From Candidatus Gottesmanbacteria bacterium (GTDB lineage: Bacteria; Patescibacteriota; Microgenomatia; 2-02-FULL-39-11), in the NCBI GenBank assembly GCA_016186795.1, contig JACPKY010000002.1:1053892-1117891 (forward strand): 64,000 nt of DNA, in the 5' to 3' direction. Below the pieces are notes generated by a model. The model made no database searches, was not told where the DNA came from, and saw nothing but the letters and a program-made list of their open reading frames with translations. A program made the translations under genes and the position numbers. Shown here piece by piece: positions 49,427 to 57,827 of the stretch. Every line of letters starts with the position of its first letter. Position 1 is the stretch's first letter.

Positions 49427-51160
49427 GTGAATGTAAAAAGCCAGTTTAATAGCAATATTCAAACGGCAATTGAGTCTCTTCCTCAAAGTGGTGGAACGCT
49501 TATTTTTGATCCTGGGACGTATGTGAACAATATCTCATTGGTGGGAAGAAGTAATGTTCACTTTATCGCACCAAATGGAGGGGTTACAATCCTTGGAGGA
49601 TTTTCAACATCAAGTAGTCTTGAGACTCCTTCTAATATCGCAGGGGGACCGTTGGCGGTAAATTATAGCAGTTTCAATCGGTGTTTATTTTATAATGACG
49701 ACCCCAACCATCAAGCTTGTGTTGATACTGTTTTGAACCCAATTAAAAATATTTACTTTAAAAATATTACATTTGATGGGGAAAATGTCGCTCAGGTGGC
49801 TTTTTTTATAAGAGCTGCACGAGATGTGGTTTTTGATAGTGTAACATTCCAAAACTTTGTTGATCCCAAGGCCTATCATGCTGGTCCTGTTAATGGAAAT
49901 GCAACACTTGCCAATATCTGGTGTCGAGGTTGTCACTTCATTGGATCCCAACGGTATGCATGGGTTCTTGATGGAGTACATGGAGGAGGAATTATTAACT
50001 CTCGGGTTGAAAATGGTTTTGGTTCTGGGGCAATACTTTTTTTAACCAATGATGATTTTACGGTTGACCTTAATAAAAACGGAACGTTTGATTTAGCCGA
50101 ACAGCGTATGAGTAACTATGGAGTGGTGCATGGGAATTCATTTGCTGGAAGTTACGCCATTGTGAATGCAACTGGTGCAAATATACTTATCAAGGATAAC
50201 ACTGTTGATGGCATCATAACGAATTTCGCTACATTTGATATCCGTAATTCAAACCGCGCAGTAGCCTACGAATACTATGGAAATCGCATTGTAGAGAATA
50301 CGACAAATGGGGTAGCAAATTATTTTAGCGAGTTTGGTGGGCCGCTCCCATGTCCGAGTTCTTCTTATCCCAACCCAGATTACTGCGGTCGTATTGGAAA
50401 ATATGCAGTTCGCGCAAATACTATTAATAATTCACCAAGTCTTGATTATCTTGTCTACCATGACCCCAATACTCAGGTCGTGGATGGTCCAAATACTATC
50501 TGTGACAATATAGTGAATGGGGGTTCAAGTAGTGAAAATACTTCTAGTTGTTCTCCAACTCCCTCAAGTACTCCTACACCGTCTTTACTACCCACTCCAA
50601 CTCAGATACCGACACCTACTCCTACTCGAACACCTACACCTTCTCCTACAAAAACTTTGACCCCAACGCCAACACATACACTCACGCCGACGAAAACTAT
50701 TACACCTACACCAACTCGGACACCCACCCCAATCCTCAATGGGCTTACAGGCGTATATTTTAATAACAAAGATTTGACAGCTAAAGTACTAACACGGATT
50801 GATCCGCGCATAAATTTTCGGTGGTATCAAGCTGCACCAGCGGACTCTATGCAGGCAGATACATTCTCAATCAGATGGACCGGATTTGTAAAACCAAAGT
50901 ACTCTCAATCCTATACCTTTTACGCACAAACAGATGATGGAGTCAGACTCTGGGTTAACAATATACTCATTATTGATAAATGGGTGAATAAAGGGGCAAC
51001 TGAGGTTGCGAGTACCCCTATCAAACTTTCTGCCAACACGAAGTACCCTATAAAGATGGAGTACTACGAGAATCTCCTTGATGCAACGGCAATTCTTCGA
51101 TGGAGTTCAGGTTCGCAAGGCAAAGAAGTCATTCCGAAAGCCAGTCTATTTGTCCAATAA
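49427..51160 (+). CDS. Secreted right-handed beta-helix (pectate-lyase-like) protein with Pro/Thr-rich linker and C-terminal PA14 domain; N-terminus probably extends upstream to about 49190
   Basis: Repetitive beta-helix pattern (NI.F.G...[27 protein letters not shown]). Linker [61 protein letters not shown]14 signature YFNNKDL....FRW.G..KP..S..YTF....DDGVRLWVN...IDKW. The frame is open for 240 nt upstream, encoding a hydrophobic signal-like segment, but has no canonical in-frame start. The tracker start is GTG. Confidence 0.7.
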   Translation: MNVKSQFNSNIQTAIESLPQSGGTLIFDPGTYVNNISLVGRSNVHFIAPNGGVTILGGFSTSSSLETPSNIAGGPLAVNYSSFNRCLFYNDDPNHQACVDTVLNPIKNIYFKNITFDGENVAQVAFFIRAARDVVFDSVTFQNFVDPKAYHAGPVNGNATLANIWCRGCHFIGSQRYAWVLDGVHGGGIINSRVENGFGSGAILFLTNDDFTVDLNKNGTFDLAEQRMSNYGVVHGNSFAGSYAIVNATGANILIKDNTVDGIITNFATFDIRNSNRAVAYEYYGNRIVENTTNGVANYFSEFGGPLPCPSSSYPNPDYCGRIGKYAVRANTINNSPSLDYLVYHDPNTQVVDGPNTICDNIVNGGSSSENTSSCSPTPSSTPTPSLLPTPTQIPTPTPTRTPTPSPTKTLTPTPTHTLTPTKTITPTPTRTPTPILNGLTGVYFNNKDLTAKVLTRIDPRINFRWYQAAPADSMQADTFSIRWTGFVKPKYSQSYTFYAQTDDGVRLWVNNILIIDKWVNKGATEVASTPIKLSANTKYPIKMEYYENLLDATAILRWSSGSQGKEVIPKASLFVQ

Positions 51161-51173
51161 TTTCCTCCCGTTC

Positions 51174-53228
51174 TTATAAAAAAAGAGATTTATATTCTTC
51201 CTTTGTGAGCAGCTTTTCTTTTTTATAGATTCGTATAACCGGGTGATCAAAGACAGTGTACGTTTCTTCGGCAGCTTCATCTGGAATTTCCAGAAAAATA
51301 GGTCCTATCCCAATAGTTGGATACGATGAAAATTCTTCTACCTTTTCAAATCCGAGTTTCCCCGTAAATAGTAGTTCATAGTAGCGTGTAACAAGAGGAT
51401 AAGAAGAATAAAGCCTGAGGTGGTTTGCAAAGATACGCCGGGAAGGGATAAAGATGTAATCGGCTTTTGAAAGATGGGTAATAAGCTGGTTAAATAGTTC
51501 GGGTGATTCATCCAGATGATAAAAGTCAAATGAGATAACCTCAAAATCCTTTTGCGGAACTATTCCTTTCGGCAGTCCAACCGGAATGTCAACCACATTT
51601 GCAGTTTCTGAGAGTACATAGGATTTATCCGGCAGAGTAGTCCAAATCCAGTACGAGGCAGAAATACGAGAGTCTGGTTGAGAGTATATGGACATGAATG
51701 CAATGCCGGGAAGAAAAGTCAAAATGCAAAGAACAAAAATGACATATTGTGTCATGGGATCTCTCGACTTCGCTCGGGATGACATTATGAGATAGGCTAT
51801 TCGATCTATATAATAGGCGGTAAACAGAGCAAAGAAGGGTAGAATCGGTGTCATAAACCGGGTCCACTTGGCAAAAAGAAAGGCGTTGGGTAAGAGATAA
51901 ACAAGAAATGAAATCACAACGATAATCCATCCAATCCTTCCAGTCGGGAATTTCAGTTCCCGCTTTCCTTTTCGGTATGCAGTAACAAACTCTAATCCAT
52001 CTGCATAAATGATACTCAATAGATTGGATTTCTTTTTGTGTTTTCTCTGAAGTTTGTTAAGTATTTTTGATAGTTTCTTAATAAGATAAGACAAAGTATC
52101 TACAAAAATGCTTAATACTAAGATTAAAAATCCAATCAAGCCGAGAATGAACACAGGCCAGCCGAGGGCATATGGGAATACTTTCTCTATCTGGAAAAGT
52201 ATTGGTATGGAATTGACGAACTGCCGTGTGTAGAAAGCCTGGTATGTACCGGTTGCGACAGCTTGCTCATATCCGAAAACTGAACCTAAGAAGTCTTTGT
52301 AGGCAACAATGTTATAGGGAGAGGAGATGATGAAAAAGAAGCTGCTACTAACAAAAAACAATGTAACAATGAAACAATAAAATAATGAAACAATGAATTG
52401 TTTTTTCCATAGAGAACGAATAAAGAGAATAAAAAGAGTAAAAAGGGGAGGAAAGAGGAAGAAAATCCCCGTGAGTTTACTGCCAAGAGCAATTCCGATG
52501 AGGAAACTTATGAAGAGAATAAACTGTATGAATTCTAGTGTTCGAGCTTGACGGGTTACCGGCTGGTACCCGTCTTGTCGAAAACTTCTCGACGAATAGA
52601 ATACGTCGTATTTGAGCATCTTGCATGAAAAATATACAATTCCCATAAAACAGAATGTAAGAAGTGACTCAGTTGTCCCGAAATGGGCCGATTGGATAAG
52701 AGCGGGAGTAAAGGCTACCAAAGCCGCAGTTAAAAGTGAAAAGTTTATAGTGAAAAGTTGACGGGCAAGATGATAGACAAAAATAACAGTCAAAGTTGAT
52801 GCAACGGCAGACCAAAAGCGGAGCCAAAATATAGCATAGTTAAAAGATGTTGCTCGGCTCTCTTGTGAAAGATATGGGTCAGCTTCATAGATAGGAAAAA
52901 GAGGTGGAGAGAGCGTCGATATGCTTCTATGGAGCTGGTCAGAGATATAGGAAAGATAAAGAGGAAACTGTCCGTAAGCGAAAAAGTGAGGATTGAGTGT
53001 GCAATTTCCTTCATTTGTTTCAGGAGCATTATTTTTGATTGTCGTAAATTCTTTCAAAAGACACTTGCCGATCTCAGGTGGTGTTGCGGGCAGACGAAAA
53101 CGGGTAATAGCTGCGGCCATATTGCGCTCGTCAGGATCAAAGAAATAAGGGGAATCGTGCATTAAACCGTAGAAACGTGTAAAAACTGTGAAGAAAAGAA
53201 TGGCAAAAAAGACGAAGTGACTTCTCAT
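51174..53228 (-). CDS. Polytopic membrane protein, putative GT-C glycosyltransferase
   Basis: 684 aa. N-terminal FTRFYGLMHDSPYFFDPDERN loop motif. Many TM helices and a C-terminal soluble domain. Last gene of the minus-strand operon beginning at 57111. Confidence 0.55.
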   Translation of the reverse strand: MRSHFVFFAILFFTVFTRFYGLMHDSPYFFDPDERNMAAAITRFRLPATPPEIGKCLLKEFTTIKNNAPETNEGNCTLNPHFFAYGQFPLYLSYISDQLHRSISTLSPPLFPIYEADPYLSQESRATSFNYAIFWLRFWSAVASTLTVIFVYHLARQLFTINFSLLTAALVAFTPALIQSAHFGTTESLLTFCFMGIVYFSCKMLKYDVFYSSRSFRQDGYQPVTRQARTLEFIQFILFISFLIGIALGSKLTGIFFLFPPLFTLFILFIRSLWKKQFIVSLFYCFIVTLFFVSSSFFFIISSPYNIVAYKDFLGSVFGYEQAVATGTYQAFYTRQFVNSIPILFQIEKVFPYALGWPVFILGLIGFLILVLSIFVDTLSYLIKKLSKILNKLQRKHKKKSNLLSIIYADGLEFVTAYRKGKRELKFPTGRIGWIIVVISFLVYLLPNAFLFAKWTRFMTPILPFFALFTAYYIDRIAYLIMSSRAKSRDPMTQYVIFVLCILTFLPGIAFMSIYSQPDSRISASYWIWTTLPDKSYVLSETANVVDIPVGLPKGIVPQKDFEVISFDFYHLDESPELFNQLITHLSKADYIFIPSRRIFANHLRLYSSYPLVTRYYELLFTGKLGFEKVEEFSSYPTIGIGPIFLEIPDEAAEETYTVFDHPVIRIYKKEKLLTKEEYKSLFL

Positions 53229-53279
53229 TTATGTCAAAAGGCAAATCGCAAATGTCAAAACCACATTTGAGTTTTGAGA

Positions 53280-54206
53280 TTACAAAACATACAATATCAA
53301 AATCACCCCAAGTCCCCAGATGAGAATGGAGGCAATGAGAGGAATGTCTGTGGTAATAATTTTTTCAGGTCTTTCACCTTGCGTTCCTTCGTATGCAAGC
53401 TGTGTGTAGCGCATGAGTCCATAGATGATAAAGGGGATTGTCACAACAAGCCATTTTCTGTCGAGTGCCTGAGGGAGAACGGTGGTGAGAAACGAGCGGA
53501 TAGGGGCGTTAAAAGTATGAGGTTCTTCCAAGAAGGCAAAAAGCGAGTAAGCCAAAATTGCTGCAGATCCAAACATTGACGTGTAGAAATCCAAAAGATG
53601 CTCCCGGTACTGGAAAAGCGATGGTCTCGTTTTTGTTCCGGCGCCTTCGCGTAAAAGTTCTGCATGGCGTTTGGTTGACGCAACGAAAAGAGCAACGAAA
53701 AGAATGGTAAGAAATAGCCAAAATGGCAAGTGATATCCGGTAATAACCTCTCCTGCAAATGCCCGAAGAATAAATGAGAAAGCAATTCCCAAAATATCAA
53801 AGACAGCGTATTTTTTCAAAATTGTCGAGTACAAGACATGGAGGAGCGTAAAAAGTGTCGAAACAGTGAAAAAGACCGTTGAGACAAAAATAGATCCGAT
53901 AAGACCAAAAAAGACAAGAAGGAATGCCAGTTCGATGGCAGTGTTGATAGAAAGGATTCCGGCTGCAATAGGACGGTTTTTCTTGTCAGGATGTACTTGG
54001 TCGTTTTTGACATCGATGACATCATTGAAAATGTACGAAGCAGAAGAGAGAGCACAGAAAATGATAAATCCGGTCAAACTCAAAAGAAAGTACTGAGGAT
54101 CAAACAGTTTTCCATTGAAGATGATTGCGGCAAAAACAATGAAGTTTTTTACCCACTGGTTAGGGCGAAGGACTCTGAAAACCGCAGGAATCGTTTTCAC
54201 CATCAT
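53280..54206 (-). CDS. UbiA-family prenyltransferase resembling decaprenyl-phosphate 5-phosphoribosyltransferase (DPPR synthase)
   Basis: RPNQWVKNFIVFAAIIF N-terminus and NDVIDVKNDQVHPDKKNRPIAAG (NDxxDxxxD Asp-rich motif), and 8-9 TM helices. The motifs resemble the RPKQWVKN/NDxxD arrangement I recall for mycobacterial DPPR synthase (recalled from memory, not checked against a reference sequence). Confidence 0.75.
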   Translation of the reverse strand: MMVKTIPAVFRVLRPNQWVKNFIVFAAIIFNGKLFDPQYFLLSLTGFIIFCALSSASYIFNDVIDVKNDQVHPDKKNRPIAAGILSINTAIELAFLLVFFGLIGSIFVSTVFFTVSTLFTLLHVLYSTILKKYAVFDILGIAFSFILRAFAGEVITGYHLPFWLFLTILFVALFVASTKRHAELLREGAGTKTRPSLFQYREHLLDFYTSMFGSAAILAYSLFAFLEEPHTFNAPIRSFLTTVLPQALDRKWLVVTIPFIIYGLMRYTQLAYEGTQGERPEKIITTDIPLIASILIWGLGVILILYVL

Positions 54207-54231
54207 AAGGAGTATTGTATAGATTTCATAT

Positions 54232-54348
54232 ATTAAATATCAAATATCAAAATAAGTATACCCTTCTTACTGTATCCCGATTAAATCGGGATCAGTCTAG
54301 AAGGAGTTATACCCGGAGCATTTTCAAGTGCGAAGGGTATATCTATAG
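54232..54348. repeat. Intergenic composite element sharing modules with 23S intron sequences (ATTAAATATCAAATATCAAAA plus ATCCCGATTAAATCGGGA hairpin, flanked by the inverted repeat ATACCCTTC/GAAGGGTAT)
   Basis: The A/T-rich 21-mer also occurs at 27739-27759 inside the L1917 intron. The hairpin is identical to those at 28158 and 30830. Confidence 0.4.
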
Positions 54349-55275
54349 ATAATAGATGACACCTCTTGCGACTTTGTTTCTTATCGCTGAAATTGACAGG
54401 GGTAGAAGAAAAGAGAGGACAAGGATAATAATATACGGAAAGGAAGCTAAGTATTTTCGGGAAAGTAATAGGATCAGGTAGTGGTAGAGATAGATATATA
54501 ATGCATGTCTTCCTAAGAACTCAAGCGGAAATAAACGCATTTTTGACCGAAAAATCAATATAAAGGGGAAAATAAAAAGGATCGACCAGGTAAATGAAAA
54601 AAATGTCGGAGATATTTCAGGAGGAAAAGATGGTAGGATCATATAACGAATTTCAGCTGCGATAAAGACAAATGACAGGAATAAAAGTATGAATTTACCG
54701 GGCTTTATCCTTGAGTATAAGATACCCAGATAAAAGATAAACAAATAGCCAGCACCGAAGAGTCGGCCTGCAGAACTAAACGGCCACGGCGGCATGCCCA
54801 TTTCCCAAAGAAGCCAAAAAGAGATAACGAACACAACAGGAACAGAAAGAAACGGGAGTATTTTACCTTTACGGGAGATAAAGTATAAAAATGGAAAAAT
54901 AATATAGAGCTGAAGGATGAGGTTGACAAAATAAAAGGTAGGTTGAAGGGTGAAATTAAAAAGGAGTGAAGTAAGTTTTGTTAAATCAGCTTGAGGGGTA
55001 AGCAAGAAATATGCAGTTAACGCGGCAAAAATATAATCAATAAACAACCTGGACCTTTTTGAATAAAAGGAAAATAGAGAATCTTTTTTCCTGTCATATG
55101 AGGATCCATTGGTTATTCCAGCCAGGAAAATAAACCAAGGAATTGTAAAAACCAAATGTTTCCAGATGAAAGGAATCTTATATTCAGAAAAAATATCCCA
55201 AGAGTGACCCAGAACAACAGCACAAATTGCTATCCCTTTGAGTGCGTCAATCCAGTTTTGTCTTTTGGAGGACAT
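54343..55275 (-). CDS. Acyltransferase family 3 (membrane-bound O-acyltransferase, OatA/OafA-like)
   Basis: N-terminal NWIDALKGIAICAVVLGHS signature and about 10 TM helices. Confidence 0.8.
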   Translation of the reverse strand: MSSKRQNWIDALKGIAICAVVLGHSWDIFSEYKIPFIWKHLVFTIPWFIFLAGITNGSSYDRKKDSLFSFYSKRSRLFIDYIFAALTAYFLLTPQADLTKLTSLLFNFTLQPTFYFVNLILQLYIIFPFLYFISRKGKILPFLSVPVVFVISFWLLWEMGMPPWPFSSAGRLFGAGYLFIFYLGILYSRIKPGKFILLFLSFVFIAAEIRYMILPSFPPEISPTFFSFTWSILFIFPFILIFRSKMRLFPLEFLGRHALYIYLYHYLILLLSRKYLASFPYIIILVLSFLLPLSISAIRNKVARGVIYYL

Positions 55276-55276
55276 C

Positions 55277-56689
55277 TTATTTGACTACATACTTTGCAAC
55301 CTCTTCTCCCATTTCTATTGCATAGTTTGTGCCTCGATCCCACGGATATACCATATCCATATTGGCTAAATACACGTGAGGGATAGGGGTATCAAATGGT
55401 GGTCGGATTTTGGAGTAGTTAAGGGGGAATACTGGTTGGGCGAAGGGACCCAAGAATAATTTACAATTTACTCCGCCAGCTGGCGGATGAAAATTAGGAT
55501 TAATTTTTATAAGATAGGGGAGGTAGGTTTCGAATATTTCTTTTGTAGACATTTTCAAATAGGGGTGGCCGGGCGGGAGGTAATTGGCAACCCACGCCAG
55601 GTGATTCCCACCGTAGTATTTCGGATCAATCATATTGGTTTGTTGAATAACTGCAATAAAGGGGAATGTCCGGTCATTTATATTGAGCCAGTATTCTTTG
55701 TCCAGAAATTTTTCTTTGGTAACAAGAAGAAGATTAAGGGCATGGAGATGGGGGATAGAGAGTAGATTTTTTGAATATTGTGCCCAACTTTTACTATTTT
55801 CCAGCGGGTCCTGCCGCTCGCGTATCCCATGAACTTGGTTCAGATCGCTCGCGAATTGAGTCAACTTGCTCCATAATCTCTTAGTCGCTCGCTCTCCCTT
55901 CGGTGAACCTCGCCATGGGAATCCCTCGCTTGCGTCACCCGCCAAATTTGAGATTTCTTTCTCAAACATCTTTACAAATACTACTGATGGGGTTGTGACA
56001 ATGACACAATCATATTTACTTATATCAGCAATATTAAATGTAGTATCTGTATAAATTTTCCCTCCATTTTTATTGATTTGAGAAGCAACAGCATCAACAA
56101 GTACTTTGTATCCGCCTTCAAGGTACCCAAGACGAAGAGTTCGTTTTTTTATTCTCGCCCAAAACCATGCCATGTTAATTAAAGAGGCATATTTCCCAAA
56201 TTTTCCCTTCAAAAGGGGCTCCCAGATGATTTTATACGCTTTTCCCCCATACAATTTTTGGGAAAAATCTATCGCCTTGTATTTCTCAAGATTTTGTCCT
56301 CCACTTTTTGAGAGCATTTTTAAATAAACTGTTGCCAAGCCAAATCTTACACGATCAACAATTGGTAGTGCAGAGAAAGAAAGTATCTGAGAAGGGGTAT
56401 TGAACGGGTACGATTTCCCACCGTAGTAAATCGATGTTAACGTCTTTGGGAAAATGAGTTTATCTTCAAGTCCAAGGTCTTTAATAAGACCTAGAGCCGC
56501 ATCATCATTCGTAAACCAGTGATGGTAGTGCTGTTCCACTTGCCACTTCCAGCTGGGAAGTTTGAAAGATCCAGCAAGACCTCCAAGAAACTTTTCCTTC
56601 TCAAAAAGAGATACCTGATTTCCGGATTTTGTGAGACTGTAAGCTGCAGAAAGTCCGGTAAATCCGCCACCGATGACTGCGATATTCAT
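55277..56689 (-). CDS. FAD/NAD(P)-binding oxidoreductase (amine-oxidase / CrtI / protoporphyrinogen-oxidase-like fold)
   Basis: N-terminal dinucleotide motif MNIAVIGGGFTGLSAAYSL and a GGKAYK-type second motif. 470 aa. Contains the tCCGCCAGCTGGCGGa palindrome in frame (HPPAGGVN). Confidence 0.65.
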   Translation of the reverse strand: MNIAVIGGGFTGLSAAYSLTKSGNQVSLFEKEKFLGGLAGSFKLPSWKWQVEQHYHHWFTNDDAALGLIKDLGLEDKLIFPKTLTSIYYGGKSYPFNTPSQILSFSALPIVDRVRFGLATVYLKMLSKSGGQNLEKYKAIDFSQKLYGGKAYKIIWEPLLKGKFGKYASLINMAWFWARIKKRTLRLGYLEGGYKVLVDAVASQINKNGGKIYTDTTFNIADISKYDCVIVTTPSVVFVKMFEKEISNLAGDASEGFPWRGSPKGERATKRLWSKLTQFASDLNQVHGIRERQDPLENSKSWAQYSKNLLSIPHLHALNLLLVTKEKFLDKEYWLNINDRTFPFIAVIQQTNMIDPKYYGGNHLAWVANYLPPGHPYLKMSTKEIFETYLPYLIKINPNFHPPAGGVNCKLFLGPFAQPVFPLNYSKIRPPFDTPIPHVYLANMDMVYPWDRGTNYAIEMGEEVAKYVVK

Positions 56690-57111
56690 TGTCCAAACTG
56701 GACTGAGGGAGAGTTCGCAATGGTGATGTTACTTCCTTGGTCAACTGCAGTAACTTGCGCTTTGCCCGAGATAGCCGATGAAAGCGTAAACTCTGCCATG
56801 CCGTTTTCATTGGTTGTAATCGTGTTTGAAGGGAGAATTGTGACGTTTGAGAGAGTACTTGAAAGGTTAACACCTCGATTGGCCATGACTTTGCCGCTTT
56901 CATCCCGAATATAGACGGTAACTTTTATATTTCCGTCAACTGGGACAATACCTCCGGTTGGGTAGTGGGCGATGACAAACGATTTTGTCGGTGATGGGAC
57001 TGTTGCACGTGCCTGAAAAATGCTTGTTGGTTGGACAGACAGAGCAACCATTGCTGCGGCAAAGAGGAAGAAAAAGAGGGCAGACAAAACCAGGAACTTT
57101 TTGTCTTTCAT
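56686..57111 (-). CDS. Small secreted protein with bacterial Ig-like (invasin/intimin-type) beta-sandwich domain
   Basis: Signal peptide MKDKKFLVLSALFFFLFAAAMVALSV (an alternative start 13 codons upstream gives MKTNAKIRSRS...), then an Ig-like pattern (VTVYIRDESGKVMANRGVNLS...AEFTLSS.ISG.A.VTA). Confidence 0.45.
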   Translation of the reverse strand: MKDKKFLVLSALFFFLFAAAMVALSVQPTSIFQARATVPSPTKSFVIAHYPTGGIVPVDGNIKVTVYIRDESGKVMANRGVNLSSTLSNVTILPSNTITTNENGMAEFTLSSAISGKAQVTAVDQGSNITIANSPSVQFGQ

Positions 57112-57190
57112 AGGAAGTGACCTTGACCGTATTTTTGCATTCGTTTTCATGTTTGTCAACTGGGGGTCAAAGATTATAATGATTATAGTC

Positions 57191-57715
57191 ATGACCGAAG
57201 GTTATAAATCACTTCCATTCTTCCAACAAGCGCAAGTAATATACGATTTTACGGTCGGTTTTTGTGAGCGATTCATCGATAAGAAATCCAGAACCACCGA
57301 CCAGATGACACAAGCTGCCCCATCCGGAAAGCAAAATATCGCCGAGGGGTACTTACAAAAGAGTACGGAGGGAAGACTGAAACTTCTGGGAGTGGCCAGA
57401 GGATCACTTGAAGAACTTTTGAATGATTATCTCGATTTTCTGAGGCAAAAAAGTCTTCCGCTGTGGTCGAAGGACTCAAGCGAGGCTCGAAAAGTGCGAA
57501 GCCTCGCATATAACAGTTATAAAAGTTATAACGATTATAAAAATTATATGGCAGCGCCAGAAGGTGCTGCAAACGCAATGGTTTGCCTGATCAATCAAAC
57601 CAATCAGCTTCTTGATCAGAAACTCCGGTGGATTGAACAGACGTTCATCCGAGAGGGCGGCTTCCGGGAGAATCTCTTCAAAAAGAGAAGAGCTTTCCTT
57701 GGGAAGGCGATATAA
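57191..57715 (+). CDS. Four-helix-bundle protein (PF05635-like; related to 23S IVS proteins and DGR Avd)
   Basis: Family signature pattern DQMTQAAPSGKQNIAEGY...LLGVARGSLEELLNDYLDF parallels Q.RRAA.SI.ANIAEG...ARGSL.EL of this family. Start taken at the internal ATG (MTEGYKSL). Confidence 0.65.
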   Translation: MTEGYKSLPFFQQAQVIYDFTVGFCERFIDKKSRTTDQMTQAAPSGKQNIAEGYLQKSTEGRLKLLGVARGSLEELLNDYLDFLRQKSLPLWSKDSSEARKVRSLAYNSYKSYNDYKNYMAAPEGAANAMVCLINQTNQLLDQKLRWIEQTFIREGGFRENLFKKRRAFLGKAI

Positions 57716-57827
57716 CAGTTATAAAAATTATACGATGACGCTCAAAATCTACACGAAGCATCATTCTCATAGGACCAATCAGCATGAAGAGAATTCTCTG
57801 AGAAAAATCTTCACTCGCCTCCGACGG

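Noticed and set aside
57612-57827. Upstream extension of the giant LamG protein (MIRNSGGLNRRSS...) and the 57020 start of the four-helix-bundle ORF
   Set aside because: The extensions are arginine-rich and non-hydrophobic and precede an obvious signal anchor (MEKHRLFAIFLGILLG) or overlap the divergent promoter. Internal ATGs give family-typical N-termini.
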